64,000 nt of DNA from Candidatus Woesebacteria bacterium (GTDB lineage: Bacteria; Patescibacteriota; Microgenomatia; UBA8517), in contig DMZH01000002.1 of the NCBI GenBank assembly GCA_003484955.1, positions 145,700-209,699 of the forward strand, in the 5' to 3' direction. The notes under the pieces were generated by a model. The model was not told the origin of the DNA. It searched no databases and saw only the letters and a list, made by a program, of their open reading frames with translations. A program made the position numbers and the translations under genes. Below, one piece after another: positions 1 through 10,329 of the stretch. Positions within the stretch are counted from its first letter, which is position 1, and each line of letters opens with the position of its first letter.

Positions 1-1016
1 TTCTTAACAATAAAGCCCCAACAAAACTTCAAATCGGTGAAAAGTTGACCAAAGGTTTGGGAGTTGGTGGAAATCCTGAAGTTGGTCGTCAGGCAGCGGA
101 GGAGTCCGTTGAAAAAATCAAAGAACTCCTTATTGATACGGAAATGGTATTTGTTACTGCGGGAATGGGCGGGGGAACCGGAACCGGAGCAGCTTCGATC
201 GTAGCCCAGCTTGCCAAAGAAGCTGGAGCCTTGACCATAGGAGTTGTGACAAAGCCCTTCGCTTTTGAGGGAACAAGAAGAATGGTTGCGGCGGAGGACG
301 GCATAGAAAGATTAAAAGAGGCGACAGATACCCTGATAGTAATTCCAAATCAGAGGCTGATGGATGTAATTGACAGAAAAATGACTCTTCTTGAAGCTTT
401 TAAAGTTGTTGATTCGGTTTTGGGACAGGGTGTCGGAGGAATAGCCGATATTATTACAACTGCTGGGCTTGTTAACGTAGACTTTGCCGATGTTAAGGCA
501 ATTATGAAAGACGCCGGAAGCGCTCTTCTTGGAATTGGAACCGGAGTCGGAGAGAATAGGGCCCAGATGGCAGCGAGAGCAGCCGTTTCCTCACCGCTTC
601 TTGATCTTTCGATTGAGGGTGCACGCGGAGTTCTTTTCAATGTTGCCGGAGGTAATGACCTTACAATGTTTGAGGTAGATGAGGCAGCAAGAATTATTTC
701 CTCGGCAGCCGACCCGGATGCAAATGTAATTTTTGGGGCTGTTATAAAGTCCGAACTTTCGGATCAGGTAAAAATTACAGTTATTGCCACGGGGTTTGAT
801 GAAACGAGGTCTCATCTTGCCCAAATGAGTCAGACGGCAGTTCAAAGGCCAATTGTTTCAGGTGTCATTAGCGAGCCGGCTGGGTCAATGACTGAAAAAC
901 GGGAAGACGAAGACGAAAGTGATGAACCACCGGAAAATGGCGGAAATTCGGGAAAAGACGAAGATGTTTTTGGAGAAAAGTTCGAAATTCCGGCGTTCCT
1001 CAGGAAAATCCGCTAA
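1..1016 (+). CDS. ftsZ: Cell division GTPase FtsZ (5' partial; the reading frame continues upstream of the window)
   Basis: Tubulin/FtsZ signature [12 protein letters not shown], FtsZ-like [17 protein letters not shown], and an acidic C-terminal tail ending in the conserved FLRK motif. The frame is open back to nt 3, reading ...[16 protein letters not shown]. Confidence 0.9.
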   Translation, partial: LNNKAPTKLQIGEKLTKGLGVGGNPEVGRQAAEESVEKIKELLIDTEMVFVTAGMGGGTGTGAASIVAQLAKEAGALTIGVVTKPFAFEGTRRMVAAEDGIERLKEATDTLIVIPNQRLMDVIDRKMTLLEAFKVVDSVLGQGVGGIADIITTAGLVNVDFADVKAIMKDAGSALLGIGTGVGENRAQMAARAAVSSPLLDLSIEGARGVLFNVAGGNDLTMFEVDEAARIISSAADPDANVIFGAVIKSELSDQVKITVIATGFDETRSHLAQMSQTAVQRPIVSGVISEPAGSMTEKREDEDESDEPPENGGNSGKDEDVFGEKFEIPAFLRKIR

Positions 1017-1399
1017 TGCCCGAAAGAAATCCTTGTTTAAAATCCGGTTGTCCGGGTTTTTGCTGTCAGGACATTGACATTGAGATCACAAAATCGGAAA
1101 GAACCAGAGTTTTCCCCACCGCAATTCACGTTGATTCGATGAAGGAACTTGCACAAATTAAGAAAGATAACCTGCAGGGATTGTATTATACAGAATATTC
1201 CAGAAAAGGCCTTGAGGGAGGGGATTTTTACGTAATTGTAATAAACGGCCCCTGTCCGAATAGACTTTCTGATGGATCCTGTCTAAAGCATGACGAGCGC
1301 GAATATGCCGCGCGCAATTTTGCAATCGGATGTTCCGACTGCAATGTTATCAGGAAAGAGAATGGATTATCTCCGATTTTTATTGAACCGGTCGAGTAA
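1016..1399 (+). CDS. Hypothetical Cys-rich small protein (127 aa), start overlaps the ftsZ stop (TAATG)
   Basis: Intact ORF translationally coupled to ftsZ. Seven Cys residues (CxxGCxxFCC ... CPNRLSDGSC ... CSDC) suggest metal binding. No family recognised. Confidence 0.35.
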   Translation: MPERNPCLKSGCPGFCCQDIDIEITKSERTRVFPTAIHVDSMKELAQIKKDNLQGLYYTEYSRKGLEGGDFYVIVINGPCPNRLSDGSCLKHDEREYAARNFAIGCSDCNVIRKENGLSPIFIEPVE

Positions 1400-1413
1400 G
1401 GTATAATGTATTA

Positions 1414-1716
1414 ATGCCATTTAATAGGCGAGGTTTTTTGCAGGCTTTGGAAGTTTTTCTTTACTGCGCTCTTGTTGGACTTATATTTTGGAAAGGAAAT
1501 GATATTTTCGGTGAAGTAAAGTCGTATTTTGGTCCGGTTCTTGTTCTTCTTCTTTTTTCCACATCGGTACTCGTCTGCGCGGCAATAGTTTTATACAAAC
1601 CCTACAAGCTTTTTATAGCTGACAAGAAAAAAGAAGCGTTGGATACGGTAATTTCAACCGCCATTTGGCTTTTTGTTTTTCTCCTGGCATTTTTTGGAGC
1701 AATGATTATTTTTTAA
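1414..1716 (+). CDS. Small hydrophobic membrane protein (three predicted TM segments)
   Basis: The ORF translation is dominated by hydrophobic helices. Confidence 0.35.
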   Translation: MPFNRRGFLQALEVFLYCALVGLIFWKGNDIFGEVKSYFGPVLVLLLFSTSVLVCAAIVLYKPYKLFIADKKKEALDTVISTAIWLFVFLLAFFGAMIIF

Positions 1717-1719
1717 GGG

Positions 1720-2217
1720 TCAGAATTTTGACTTCAATTCCAGGGCCCTCTCTACTATTCTTTCACCAACCTCTCCCCAGTCAAAATATTTTTTGTAATC
1801 TTCGGGATTGATAAGTTTTATTTCGGTAACGCTTCCCGCGGGGTCTTTTACAAAAGGTCCCAGAGGATTAACTTTACAGGCATATCTGAGCTGAATTTTG
1901 TAATCTTTTCCGTGAGATACCTCCTGATAGCCTATCGGTAGAAATTCCAGAACTTCCATATTGGATTCTTCGATAATCTCCCTCTTCAATGTATTTTCAA
2001 AAGTTTCCCCGTCCTCAATTGTTCCGCCGACAAGTCCCCAATTTTTCTTTTTTCCCCCGTGGGCGATCACCATTTTATCCCCATAAAAACAAACTCCGTA
2101 AGCCTGAGTGGTTTTTGCAGGATCAACTTCGTCAAAACTATCCGCGTCATGGTAAATTATTTTTGAGGTCCTCCCCGCAACTGTCATTGAAGAGTTTATA
2201 GTTTTAAGCATACGCAA
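1720..2217 (-). CDS. NUDIX hydrolase
   Basis: Nudix box GGTIEDGETFENTLKREIIEESNMEV (GX5EX7REUXEEXGU). Confidence 0.75.
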   Translation of the reverse strand: MRMLKTINSSMTVAGRTSKIIYHDADSFDEVDPAKTTQAYGVCFYGDKMVIAHGGKKKNWGLVGGTIEDGETFENTLKREIIEESNMEVLEFLPIGYQEVSHGKDYKIQLRYACKVNPLGPFVKDPAGSVTEIKLINPEDYKKYFDWGEVGERIVERALELKSKF

Positions 2218-2246
2218 ATTATATACGATTGGTGTAGAATCTGAAA

Positions 2247-2705
2247 ATGAGACAAAAACTTTTGGATTTATTGGAAAAAGTCAAAAAAATTGAAAAAACT
2301 TCCAGAGAGGCAGCCGTAAAATCCCATCACGCCGCAAATGAAGCAAGCGGCGGACTTGTTGCTTCCTACTCGGCTGCGGGGGATGTTGAACATGCCAGGA
2401 ATTCAGCCAACTTAAGTATAGGAAAAGCGGAGAAAATAAAGAAGCTGATGGAGGAGATTGAAAATTCGATCGGAGACGATGTGCCGGAGACTGCCAAACC
2501 CGTCTGTTTCCTCTCGGTTGAGTACGGGGAGGGAGATAAAAAAGATTTATATCTTGTTGAAAATCCTGTTCTTGTTGCGGGATTCAATTTAATTTCATCA
2601 AATTCTCCGCTGGGAAAGTCTTTGTGGGGTAAAGCTGTGGGGGACTCTTTCCTCTACACTTTTGGAGAACAAAGCTTCAGCGGCAAAATTTTGGAGATTG
2701 GATAG
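2247..2705 (+). CDS. greA: Transcription elongation factor GreA-like
   Basis: 152 aa with an N-terminal coiled-coil. The C-terminal FKBP-like segment ISSNSPLGKSLWGKAVGDSF matches the GreA/GreB motif ISxxSPLGxALLGKxxGD. Confidence 0.6.
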   Translation: MRQKLLDLLEKVKKIEKTSREAAVKSHHAANEASGGLVASYSAAGDVEHARNSANLSIGKAEKIKKLMEEIENSIGDDVPETAKPVCFLSVEYGEGDKKDLYLVENPVLVAGFNLISSNSPLGKSLWGKAVGDSFLYTFGEQSFSGKILEIG

Positions 2706-2717
2706 GGAATGTTTGGA

Positions 2718-3041
2718 TTACCGTAGAAACACCTGGCCTGTAATATCCAGCCTGTAAATGCCTGGCTGGAACAGTATCCAGTTTTTAGAAGAACCTTTAA
2801 GAAATCCTCTCTCAAATTTATTTGAACTAAAATCCTCGACTTGTATGAAGACACTTTTTTCTTCCCTGACAAGGCGGATAAAATAATCTCCGAAAGGTTG
2901 TTCGAAGCCGGGAACTTCTAAATAAACTGGCAGCACTTTTCCTGGGTGTTTGGTTAGTTTTTTAGTAACATTGTTCCAAAAATCTGGCCACGCCATATTT
3001 ATCGGTTCAAGCTCGTTTTTCAATTCTTTTCTCATTGGCAA
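2718..3041 (-). CDS. Hypothetical protein (107 aa)
   Basis: ORF only; it fills the gap between greA and dus on the opposite strand. Confidence 0.3.
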   Translation of the reverse strand: MPMRKELKNELEPINMAWPDFWNNVTKKLTKHPGKVLPVYLEVPGFEQPFGDYFIRLVREEKSVFIQVEDFSSNKFERGFLKGSSKNWILFQPGIYRLDITGQVFLR

Positions 3042-3094
3042 CGGTATTTTAAGCCTGGGGGATATCTAAAGTCAAAATAGGTATAATATACTTA

Positions 3095-4048
3095 ATGGAG
3101 AATTTTTGGACAAAACTTCCCAAACCGTTTACAGTTTTGGCTCCAATGGACGATGTTACTGATAATGTATTCAGACAGGTAGTACTTTCAGCAGGGCGTC
3201 CAGATGTGTTTTTTACTGAATTCTCCAATGCTGACGGCCTCGTACATGGCGCCAACGGAATTCCATTGCGGAAACTCAACTTTACGCCTGATCAGCACCC
3301 TATTGTTGCCCAAATTTGGGGGACCGACCCTGTGAATATGGAAAAGGCGGCAAGAATAGCGGCGAAGCTCGGATTTGACGGAATTGATATCAATATGGGC
3401 TGCCCCGTAAAGGAAGTGGTCAAAAAGGGTGCTGGGGCGGGACTTATTGGGAGTTATAGCCTTTCAGAAAAGCTGATAGATGCTGTCAAAAAAGGTGCCG
3501 GGGGGCTTCCTGTCAGCATAAAAACAAGGCTTGGCAGGAATGAGAATATAGCGCAGGAATGGGTCACGTTTTTACTTAAAAAGAATATCGTAGCATTGAC
3601 TGTTCACGGCCGGATTGCCAAACAAATGTCAAAAGGTGAGGCTAGTTGGGAGGAAATCGGAAAAATTGTAAAAATCAGGGATAGAATCGCTCCGGAAACC
3701 CTGATTATCGGGAATGGCGATATTAAAAGCTATGCGGAAGTTTTAAAAATGCAGAAAAAACACGGAGTCGACGGGGTGATGATAGGACGCGGCATTTTCG
3801 GCAACCCATGGGTATTTGTTAAAGATTTGAAGCCAGTGGAACACCCCAAAAAAGATTATATTAACTTACTTCTCAGGCATATTGATCTTTTCAAGAATAC
3901 TTGGGGAGAAAGTAAAAATTTTGCCATACTCAAAAAGTTTTTCAAAATGTACGTTAAGGATTTTAAGGGAGCAAATAGCCTGCGGATAAAACTGATGGAG
4001 GCAGAGAATTTTGAGGAAGTAAGGAGGATTTTATGGAGCTTGGACTGA
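3095..4048 (+). CDS. dus: tRNA-dihydrouridine synthase
   Basis: Dus TIM-barrel motifs APMDDVTDNVFR and NMGCP, and a KTRLG FMN/substrate loop. Confidence 0.8.
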   Translation: MENFWTKLPKPFTVLAPMDDVTDNVFRQVVLSAGRPDVFFTEFSNADGLVHGANGIPLRKLNFTPDQHPIVAQIWGTDPVNMEKAARIAAKLGFDGIDINMGCPVKEVVKKGAGAGLIGSYSLSEKLIDAVKKGAGGLPVSIKTRLGRNENIAQEWVTFLLKKNIVALTVHGRIAKQMSKGEASWEEIGKIVKIRDRIAPETLIIGNGDIKSYAEVLKMQKKHGVDGVMIGRGIFGNPWVFVKDLKPVEHPKKDYINLLLRHIDLFKNTWGESKNFAILKKFFKMYVKDFKGANSLRIKLMEAENFEEVRRILWSLD

Positions 4049-4076
4049 TTTCTCAAAGATGCTAGAATAGCTTCAT

Positions 4077-7000
4077 ATGGCAAAGAAACCTTTTTTTGAT
4101 CCGGTAGACCAGCAAGTAAACTTTCCCGAGCTTGAAAAGGTACTTTTGGAGAAGTGGTATAAGAATGGGATTGTCAAAAAATACCTGGCGCGCAATAAAA
4201 ACTCCAAGAAGTATTTTAGCTTCATGGATGGTCCTATCACGGCCAATAATCCCATGGGAATACACCACGCCTGGGGAAGAACCTATAAAGATCTTTGGCA
4301 GAGATTTAAGAATATGCAGGGCTACAGAGAGCGCTTCCAGAACGGCTTTGATTGTCAGGGACTGTGGGTGGAGGTTGAGGTTGAAAAAGAGCTTGGCTTT
4401 AAGACTAAAAAAGATATTGAAGTTTTTGGCATCGACAAATTTGTTCAGCTTTGTAAAGACCGGGTCAAAAAGTACTCCGGGATACAAACGGAGCAAAGCA
4501 AACGCCTTGGATATTTCATGGATTGGGATCATTCGTACTATACCTTGAGCGATGATAACAACTACATGATTTGGCATTTCCTGAAGGTTTGCAATGAAGC
4601 CGGATGGATCTACAAAGGACAGGACGCTGTAGCCTGGTGCCCGAGGTGCGAAACCGCCATCTCCCAGCACGAAATGCTGACGGAAGATTATAAAGAACTT
4701 ACCCACGAGTCCGTATTTTTGGCGTTTCCTGTTACGGGACAGTCGGAGGAATACCTTGTTGTCTGGACAACAACCCCATGGACGGTGCCGGCCAATGTTG
4801 CCGTAGCGGTTGATCCTGATTTGGATTATTCACTGGTCGGGATTAACGGTAAAAAGTATTGGGTTGCTAAAGGAGCTAAAGATAGAATTTTTACGGGGGT
4901 TAAGGCAAAAGAAATTAAGACTGCTAAAGGGTCAAAGCTGGTGGGCCTTAGATATAAAGGTGCTTTTGATCACTTGCCGAAGGTAATTGAGGCTTCCAGA
5001 AATGACAAATTTCACACGGTTGTGGCAACCGACGATTTAATTCTTCCCATAAACACAGAAGAAGGAACGGGAATGGTGCATGTTGCGACATCATCCGGAT
5101 CGGAAGATTTCAGGCTTGGAAAGAAACTGAGTTTGCCTGTAATTGAGATTATCAAGGACGATGCTTCGTATATGGAGAACCTAGGATTTTTGTCCGGAGA
5201 AAACGCCAAAAAACATCCGGAACTGATCTTGGACTTTCTGAGAAAGCTTGACGAAGCGGGAAAACACTTTTTCTATAAAACCGAAAAATATACCCATAGG
5301 TATCCAGCTTGCTGGAGATGTAAAACCGAGCTTGTTTGGAAAGTGGCCGATGAATGGTATATAGCAATGGATAAGTCATCGCAGATCTCGAGCCGTAAAT
5401 CTCAGACCGTAAAAATAGAGAAGTGGAAAGACGACGAGGATGAAATTAAGACCCCTCCTGATACAAGAACCCTTAGGGAAAGAATGAAAACAGTAGCGGC
5501 AAAAATTAACTGGATTCCGGGTTTCGGCCTTGACCGCGAAATGGATTGGCTGACCAACATGCACGACTGGCTCATCAGTAAGAAAAACAGATATTGGGGT
5601 CTGGCTCTTCCCATATGGGAATGCAAAAAATGTCACAATTTTGAGATAATCGGATCAAAAGAGGAATTAAAGCAGCGTGCGGTTTCGGGTTGGAAGGATT
5701 TTGAAGGCAAGAGTCCTCATAAGCCCCAAATAGACTTAATTAAGGTCAGGTGCGCCAACTGCGGCGCGGTAATGGATAGAATTGAACCGGTGGGCAATCC
5801 ATGGCTTGATGCCGGAATTGTACCTTTCTCCACAATCAGCGAGAAAAACGAAGCCTGCGGTTTTGATGTGACTAAAACCAAACCCATGTACGTCGAAGAT
5901 AGAGATGAATGGCAAAAATGGTTCCCGATTGATTTTATTACGGAAAGTTTTCCAGGACAATTCAAGAACTGGTTTTATGCAATGATTGCCATGAGTACGG
6001 TTCTTACGGACGTAAACCCATATAAAACCGTTTTGGGATACGGAACTCTCCTGGCCGAGGATGGACGGGCCATGCACAAAAGCTGGGGTAATTCAATTGA
6101 GTTTAACGAAGGGGCGGACAAAATCGGAGCTGATGTTATGAGGTGGATGTTTGCTAAGGCAAATCCGGCTGAAAATGCACTTTTTGGATATAAGGTTGCC
6201 GATGAGGTCAGGCGAAGATTCCATCTTAAGCTTTGGAATGTCTACAATTTTTTTGTAACATATGCCAATCTAGATGATTGGCACCCGGGAGTTCACAAAA
6301 AACCCGGCAGAAATTCGAATATTTTAGACAGATGGATACTTGTCAGGCTGGGTCAGACGACAGAACTTGTGGGGAACGCCCTGGAAAAATTTGACGCGGC
6401 AAGCGGGGCTTACGAAATTGAAAAATTTGTTGATGACCTGTCTCTTTGGTATATCAGGCGTTCCCGCGATAGGGTGGGTCCTGCCAAAGAGTCCGAAAAA
6501 GATGCAAACGCGTTTTATTCAACAACTTATTATGTCCTTTATATTTTAGGTAAACTGATGGCTCCTTTTACGCCGTTCCTTTCGGATTTTATTTACACAA
6601 ATCTTACAAAAGAGATTTCGGTGCACCTTTCCGACTGGCCGGAGGCGCCTTCCGAGCCAAGCGCCGATGAATATGAACTCATAAAGGAGATGCAGGCTAT
6701 GCGCGATATTGTTGAAAAGGTACACGCAAAAAGAAAAGAGTTGGCAATTCCGGTGAGACAACCACTGTCTAAAGTTAAAGTGTATGGTCAGGAGAAAAAA
6801 AGCATCAGCCCCGAGGTTTTAAAGATTGCAGAGAGCGAGTTGAATATAAAAACGGTTGACCTTCTCGGTGGAACAGACAAGATTGAGCTTGATATAGTGA
6901 TTACACCTGAGTTGAAGGAGGAAGCTGGTATTAGGGATATTGTTAGGAAAATTCAGGAAGAAAGGAAGAAATTGGGATTAAATCTTACTCAAAAAATTGA

Positions 7001-7112
7001 TGTTAAGATCGAAAAGTTACCCATGAGTAAAAAACTTATTCAGTGGATGTTGAAGAAGGCGCAGATTTCTCATCTCGGGGAAGGAAAATTTGAAGTAAAA
7101 AGATCCTCCTAA
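4077..7112 (+). CDS. ileS: Isoleucyl-tRNA synthetase (type-2 / eukaryote-like HIGH region)
   Basis: 1011 aa. GPITANNPMGIHHAWG fits the GPPTANG-PH-GH motif. DWLISKKNRYWGLALPIW matches the DWCISRQRYWGxPIP box of IleRS/ValRS. AMHKSWGN is a KMSKS variant. A zinc-knuckle CPRCE and a C-terminal anticodon-binding extension are present. Confidence 0.7.
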   Translation: MAKKPFFDPVDQQVNFPELEKVLLEKWYKNGIVKKYLARNKNSKKYFSFMDGPITANNPMGIHHAWGRTYKDLWQRFKNMQGYRERFQNGFDCQGLWVEVEVEKELGFKTKKDIEVFGIDKFVQLCKDRVKKYSGIQTEQSKRLGYFMDWDHSYYTLSDDNNYMIWHFLKVCNEAGWIYKGQDAVAWCPRCETAISQHEMLTEDYKELTHESVFLAFPVTGQSEEYLVVWTTTPWTVPANVAVAVDPDLDYSLVGINGKKYWVAKGAKDRIFTGVKAKEIKTAKGSKLVGLRYKGAFDHLPKVIEASRNDKFHTVVATDDLILPINTEEGTGMVHVATSSGSEDFRLGKKLSLPVIEIIKDDASYMENLGFLSGENAKKHPELILDFLRKLDEAGKHFFYKTEKYTHRYPACWRCKTELVWKVADEWYIAMDKSSQISSRKSQTVKIEKWKDDEDEIKTPPDTRTLRERMKTVAAKINWIPGFGLDREMDWLTNMHDWLISKKNRYWGLALPIWECKKCHNFEIIGSKEELKQRAVSGWKDFEGKSPHKPQIDLIKVRCANCGAVMDRIEPVGNPWLDAGIVPFSTISEKNEACGFDVTKTKPMYVEDRDEWQKWFPIDFITESFPGQFKNWFYAMIAMSTVLTDVNPYKTVLGYGTLLAEDGRAMHKSWGNSIEFNEGADKIGADVMRWMFAKANPAENALFGYKVADEVRRRFHLKLWNVYNFFVTYANLDDWHPGVHKKPGRNSNILDRWILVRLGQTTELVGNALEKFDAASGAYEIEKFVDDLSLWYIRRSRDRVGPAKESEKDANAFYSTTYYVLYILGKLMAPFTPFLSDFIYTNLTKEISVHLSDWPEAPSEPSADEYELIKEMQAMRDIVEKVHAKRKELAIPVRQPLSKVKVYGQEKKSISPEVLKIAESELNIKTVDLLGGTDKIELDIVITPELKEEAGIRDIVRKIQEERKKLGLNLTQKIDVKIEKLPMSKKLIQWMLKKAQISHLGEGKFEVKRSS

Positions 7113-7113
7113 T

Positions 7114-8166
7114 ATGCGTTCCGTTACTAATTTTTTGTTTAAAGATATTACCCTAAGCCTGTCAATGCTATTTTTACTGGCTTTTAGCGTCGTGATCTTA
7201 AACTCTTTGGAAAAAAATCTTTTTCCTCTTTATTTTGTTTATATTTTTACAGCGCTTCTGGTTTTTTGGATTTTTTCCATGACTGACTTCGAAATTATTT
7301 CTTTATTTTCCAAGTATTTGTATATTATAAGCATCGCGCTTCTTCTTTTAACTTTCATAATAGGAAGCGTTACCAGAAATACCGTCAGGTGGATTCAGCT
7401 GGGGCCAACAAGTCTTCAACCAGCTGAAATTATCAGACCGTTTCTTTTGGTATTTTTTGCGAATTACTTGGGTAGGGGAGAAGTAACCTTAAAAAAGATT
7501 GGTAAGGCTCTCCTCCTTCTCCTTCTTCCTGTGGTGCTTATCCTGGCGCAACCTTCCTTGGGAGTTTCTATTTTAACCATCGTCGGATTTGTCGGTGTGT
7601 TAATGGCTTCTAAATTTAATAAAAAACATCTGATTGTCGGGCTCTTAATTGGTGTAGCGATTCTACCGATTGCCTGGCGTGCAATGGCTCCTTATCAAAG
7701 ACAAAGAATTACCTCTTTTTTGGAACCGGCTAAGGATCCGAGAGGGGCAGGTTACAATAGTATCCAGGCAACAATTGCGGCGGGATCAGGAAAAATTTTC
7801 GGAACAGGGCTCGGAAAAGGGGTTCAAACACAGTTGGCATTTCTACCTGAAAAACAAACAGACTTTGTCTTTGCGGCAACCGCGGAAGAGCTTGGTTTGG
7901 TCGGAGCGGGATTTGTTCTTCTTGCCAGTTTTTTAATACTCATAAGGCTTACCTTTTTTATGGAACACGCTGTTTCTCCTCAGGCGCGGGCATACCTTTC
8001 CGGGTTTTTCCTGACCTATCTGATACAACTTTTTGTCCATGTTGGCATGAATATGGGTATGCTTCCGGTGACAGGGCTGCCCTTTCCACTTCTTTCGGCG
8101 GGAGGATCATCCCTTCTTGCCACCACAATGGGGCTGGGAATTGCGCTGGGAGCCTATCGCAAATAA
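7114..8166 (+). CDS. ftsW: FtsW/RodA/SpoVE family peptidoglycan glycosyltransferase (SEDS)
   Basis: Polytopic membrane protein with RWIQLGPTSLQPAEIIRPFLLVFFANYL, and LPEKQTDFVFAATAEELGLVGA matching the SEDS core. Confidence 0.75.
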   Translation: MRSVTNFLFKDITLSLSMLFLLAFSVVILNSLEKNLFPLYFVYIFTALLVFWIFSMTDFEIISLFSKYLYIISIALLLLTFIIGSVTRNTVRWIQLGPTSLQPAEIIRPFLLVFFANYLGRGEVTLKKIGKALLLLLLPVVLILAQPSLGVSILTIVGFVGVLMASKFNKKHLIVGLLIGVAILPIAWRAMAPYQRQRITSFLEPAKDPRGAGYNSIQATIAAGSGKIFGTGLGKGVQTQLAFLPEKQTDFVFAATAEELGLVGAGFVLLASFLILIRLTFFMEHAVSPQARAYLSGFFLTYLIQLFVHVGMNMGMLPVTGLPFPLLSAGGSSLLATTMGLGIALGAYRK

Positions 8167-8235
8167 CAAACAGGTTCAATTCATCCGCAAGTTTTCACTT
8201 GCTGTTTTCTTGAATCTGCTATAAAATACACGGGT

Positions 8236-8541
8236 ATGTCAAAGTATGCGGTTGTCAGAATTACCGGAAAACAATACAAAGTAGAAGAGGGGCAGGAGAT
8301 CCTTGTAGACAAACTTATTGACCCTAAGAAAATTTCGGCCGAGGTTTTACTTGTTGCCGACGGAGAAAAAGTAAGCGTAGGGAAACCTGTTCTTAAAAAC
8401 GAAGTTAAACTTAAAGTTGTAACGGACCTGGAAAAAGGAGAGAAGCTAGAAATCTATAAATTCAAGGCTAAAAGCAGATATAAAAGACATACCGGGTTTA
8501 GAGCACAATATACAAGACTTCTGGTTGAGAAGATCAGTTAA
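8236..8541 (+). CDS. rplU: 50S ribosomal protein L21
   Basis: MSKYAVVRITGKQYKVEEGQ... with a ...RHTGFRAQYTRL C-terminus typical of L21. Confidence 0.85.
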   Translation: MSKYAVVRITGKQYKVEEGQEILVDKLIDPKKISAEVLLVADGEKVSVGKPVLKNEVKLKVVTDLEKGEKLEIYKFKAKSRYKRHTGFRAQYTRLLVEKIS

Positions 8542-8568
8542 TATATCAAACTATAACTTTCTGTCCTC

Positions 8569-8597
8569 TTGACAACTGTGAAAACATCGATTATATT
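8569..8597 (+). promoter_or_regulatory. Sigma70-like promoter candidate upstream of rpmA (TTGACA-17-TATATT)
   Basis: TTGACA at 8569-8574, a 17-nt spacer, and TATATT at 8592-8597. Confidence 0.3.
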
Positions 8598-8618
8598 GTT
8601 GCTTAAGTTCAAAATAAT

Positions 8619-8870
8619 ATGTCAACACATAAAGCAGGAGGAAAAGCTTCACAACATGTAAGTCCGGCAGGAAAACGATTGGGCGCTAAGGTTTCCGATG
8701 GGGAAAAAGTGGTAAAAGGACAGATTCTAATTAGACAGAGAGGAACAAAATTTTCAAAAGGAGCGGGTGTAAAAGAAGGCCGCGACCATACCCTTTATTC
8801 AATTTTAGACGGAAACGTAAAAGTAAGCAGAAAAATAGGTAAACAGATAATGTCTGTTATTTCTAAATAA
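8619..8870 (+). CDS. rpmA: 50S ribosomal protein L27
   Basis: HKAGGKAS...GKRLGAKVSDGEKVVKGQILIRQRGTKF is the L27 signature. Confidence 0.85.
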   Translation: MSTHKAGGKASQHVSPAGKRLGAKVSDGEKVVKGQILIRQRGTKFSKGAGVKEGRDHTLYSILDGNVKVSRKIGKQIMSVISK

Positions 8871-8871
8871 T

Positions 8872-9720
8872 ATGGCGGAAGAAATAATACAGCTCGATAT
8901 AAATCAACTTCAACCAAACCCCCTTCAACCCCGCGGTGCCATTACCCCTGAAAGTCTGGTAGACCTTGTAGATTCAATTCGTGAACACGGAATTTTAGAG
9001 CCTTTGGTTGTTGCCAAAACTCCGGCAGGATTTCAAATTATTGCAGGTGAGAGGCGCTGGAGAGCATCTAAGCTTGCAGGGCTTACCCATGTTCCCGTTA
9101 TTGTGAGAGAAACTTCACCCAAAGGAATGCTTGAGATGGCCCTTGTGGAGAATGTCCAGAGAGTCGACCTTAACCCGCTTGATAGGGCAAAAGGATTTGA
9201 AAGGTTGATGAATGAGTTTGGCCTTACCACCAGTGAAATCGCAGTCAGAATAGGAAAAAGTGTAGCCTATGTCAGTAACTCGCTGAGGCTTTTATCTCTT
9301 CCCGACGCCCTTAAAGACGGACTTCTCTCGGGGCTTATCAGTGAAGGGCATGCTAGGGCTCTAGCAGCGATTGACGATAGTGGTCTCATGATTGAGGCCT
9401 ATAAGATCGTTTTGAAGGAAAGCGGATCAGTGAGGCGCGCGGAAGAGCTTGCAAGGCGAATGAAAGTTAAGTCGAACCAAGAAGTAAAAAGAACGGACGA
9501 ACACGTAAGAATAGTGTCCGAAGAGATTGACAAAATGCAGAGCGACATGGAGAAGGCATTGGTTGCCAGAAACAATGACGGTGTAGAAAGTATACGTAAA
9601 AATTCGGTAAAATTGATAAGGTCAAGACGCGAAACAAGAGTTGTCTTTATTCTCAAAGGGGGACTAGACGAGACGGAGAACACACTTCAAAGGATATACA
9701 AGTCAGTAACTTCAGAATAA
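8872..9720 (+). CDS. parB: ParB/Spo0J chromosome partitioning protein
   Basis: ParB box GILEPLVV and IIAGERRWRASKLAGL, and an HTH segment TTSEIAVRIGKSVAYVSNSLRLL. Confidence 0.8.
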   Translation: MAEEIIQLDINQLQPNPLQPRGAITPESLVDLVDSIREHGILEPLVVAKTPAGFQIIAGERRWRASKLAGLTHVPVIVRETSPKGMLEMALVENVQRVDLNPLDRAKGFERLMNEFGLTTSEIAVRIGKSVAYVSNSLRLLSLPDALKDGLLSGLISEGHARALAAIDDSGLMIEAYKIVLKESGSVRRAEELARRMKVKSNQEVKRTDEHVRIVSEEIDKMQSDMEKALVARNNDGVESIRKNSVKLIRSRRETRVVFILKGGLDETENTLQRIYKSVTSE

Positions 9721-10281
9721 TTATTCGAAAGAATAAGCGGGTGCGGGGACTACTCCTGCAAGTTTCAGAGGCAAATAAATAACCCAAGCACGGCCGCTGA
9801 TGGTACTTTTGGTGATCGGGCCCCAATATCTTGAATCTGAAGAATTTGGTCGGTTATCTCCCATTACAAAATATTCTCCCTCGGGAACTTTATATTCTTC
9901 ACCTTCCGCAAGGAAAGTTCCGGCCTGTGTCGGAGCGGAGTCGTCAATATAGGGCTCATTTAAAAGTTTGCCATTGATGTAAACACGCCCACCTTTGACC
10001 ATTACGGTCTCACCCGGTACCGCAATTATCCTTTTGATATATTCGTCCAAATTCGTAACGGGCGGGGTAAAGATGACGACATCGCCCCTTTCTGGATTTC
10101 TTAGATAATATGTAACCCTTTCCGTCAGAAGATATTCATTATTTGGAAAATTCGGCATCATTGATAGACCATCTATTTTGTGCGGCCGCATAACCAGAAG
10201 ATAGATAAAGAAAAAAATGCCTACGGCAAAAACTATAACTTCGAAAACATCCCAAAAAAAGGCGCCCAAACGCTTGATCAT
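9721..10281 (-). CDS. lepB: Signal peptidase I
   Basis: N-terminal TM segment, catalytic GLSMMPNF (Ser) and GDNRPNSSDSRYWG box E. Confidence 0.8.
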   Translation of the reverse strand: MIKRLGAFFWDVFEVIVFAVGIFFFIYLLVMRPHKIDGLSMMPNFPNNEYLLTERVTYYLRNPERGDVVIFTPPVTNLDEYIKRIIAVPGETVMVKGGRVYINGKLLNEPYIDDSAPTQAGTFLAEGEEYKVPEGEYFVMGDNRPNSSDSRYWGPITKSTISGRAWVIYLPLKLAGVVPAPAYSFE

Positions 10282-10329
10282 AATTCATTATAGAGAGGTA
10301 TAGGGGACTGATTCAAGGGGAGATAAACC

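Noticed and set aside
4062-4706. 214-aa minus-strand ORF antisense to the ileS 5' region, and many other antisense ORFs inside ileS, dnaE, ppsA and gpmI
   Set aside because: They are fully contained within strongly supported sense-strand genes. Their hydrophobic low-complexity translations are typical of antisense frames in AT-rich DNA.
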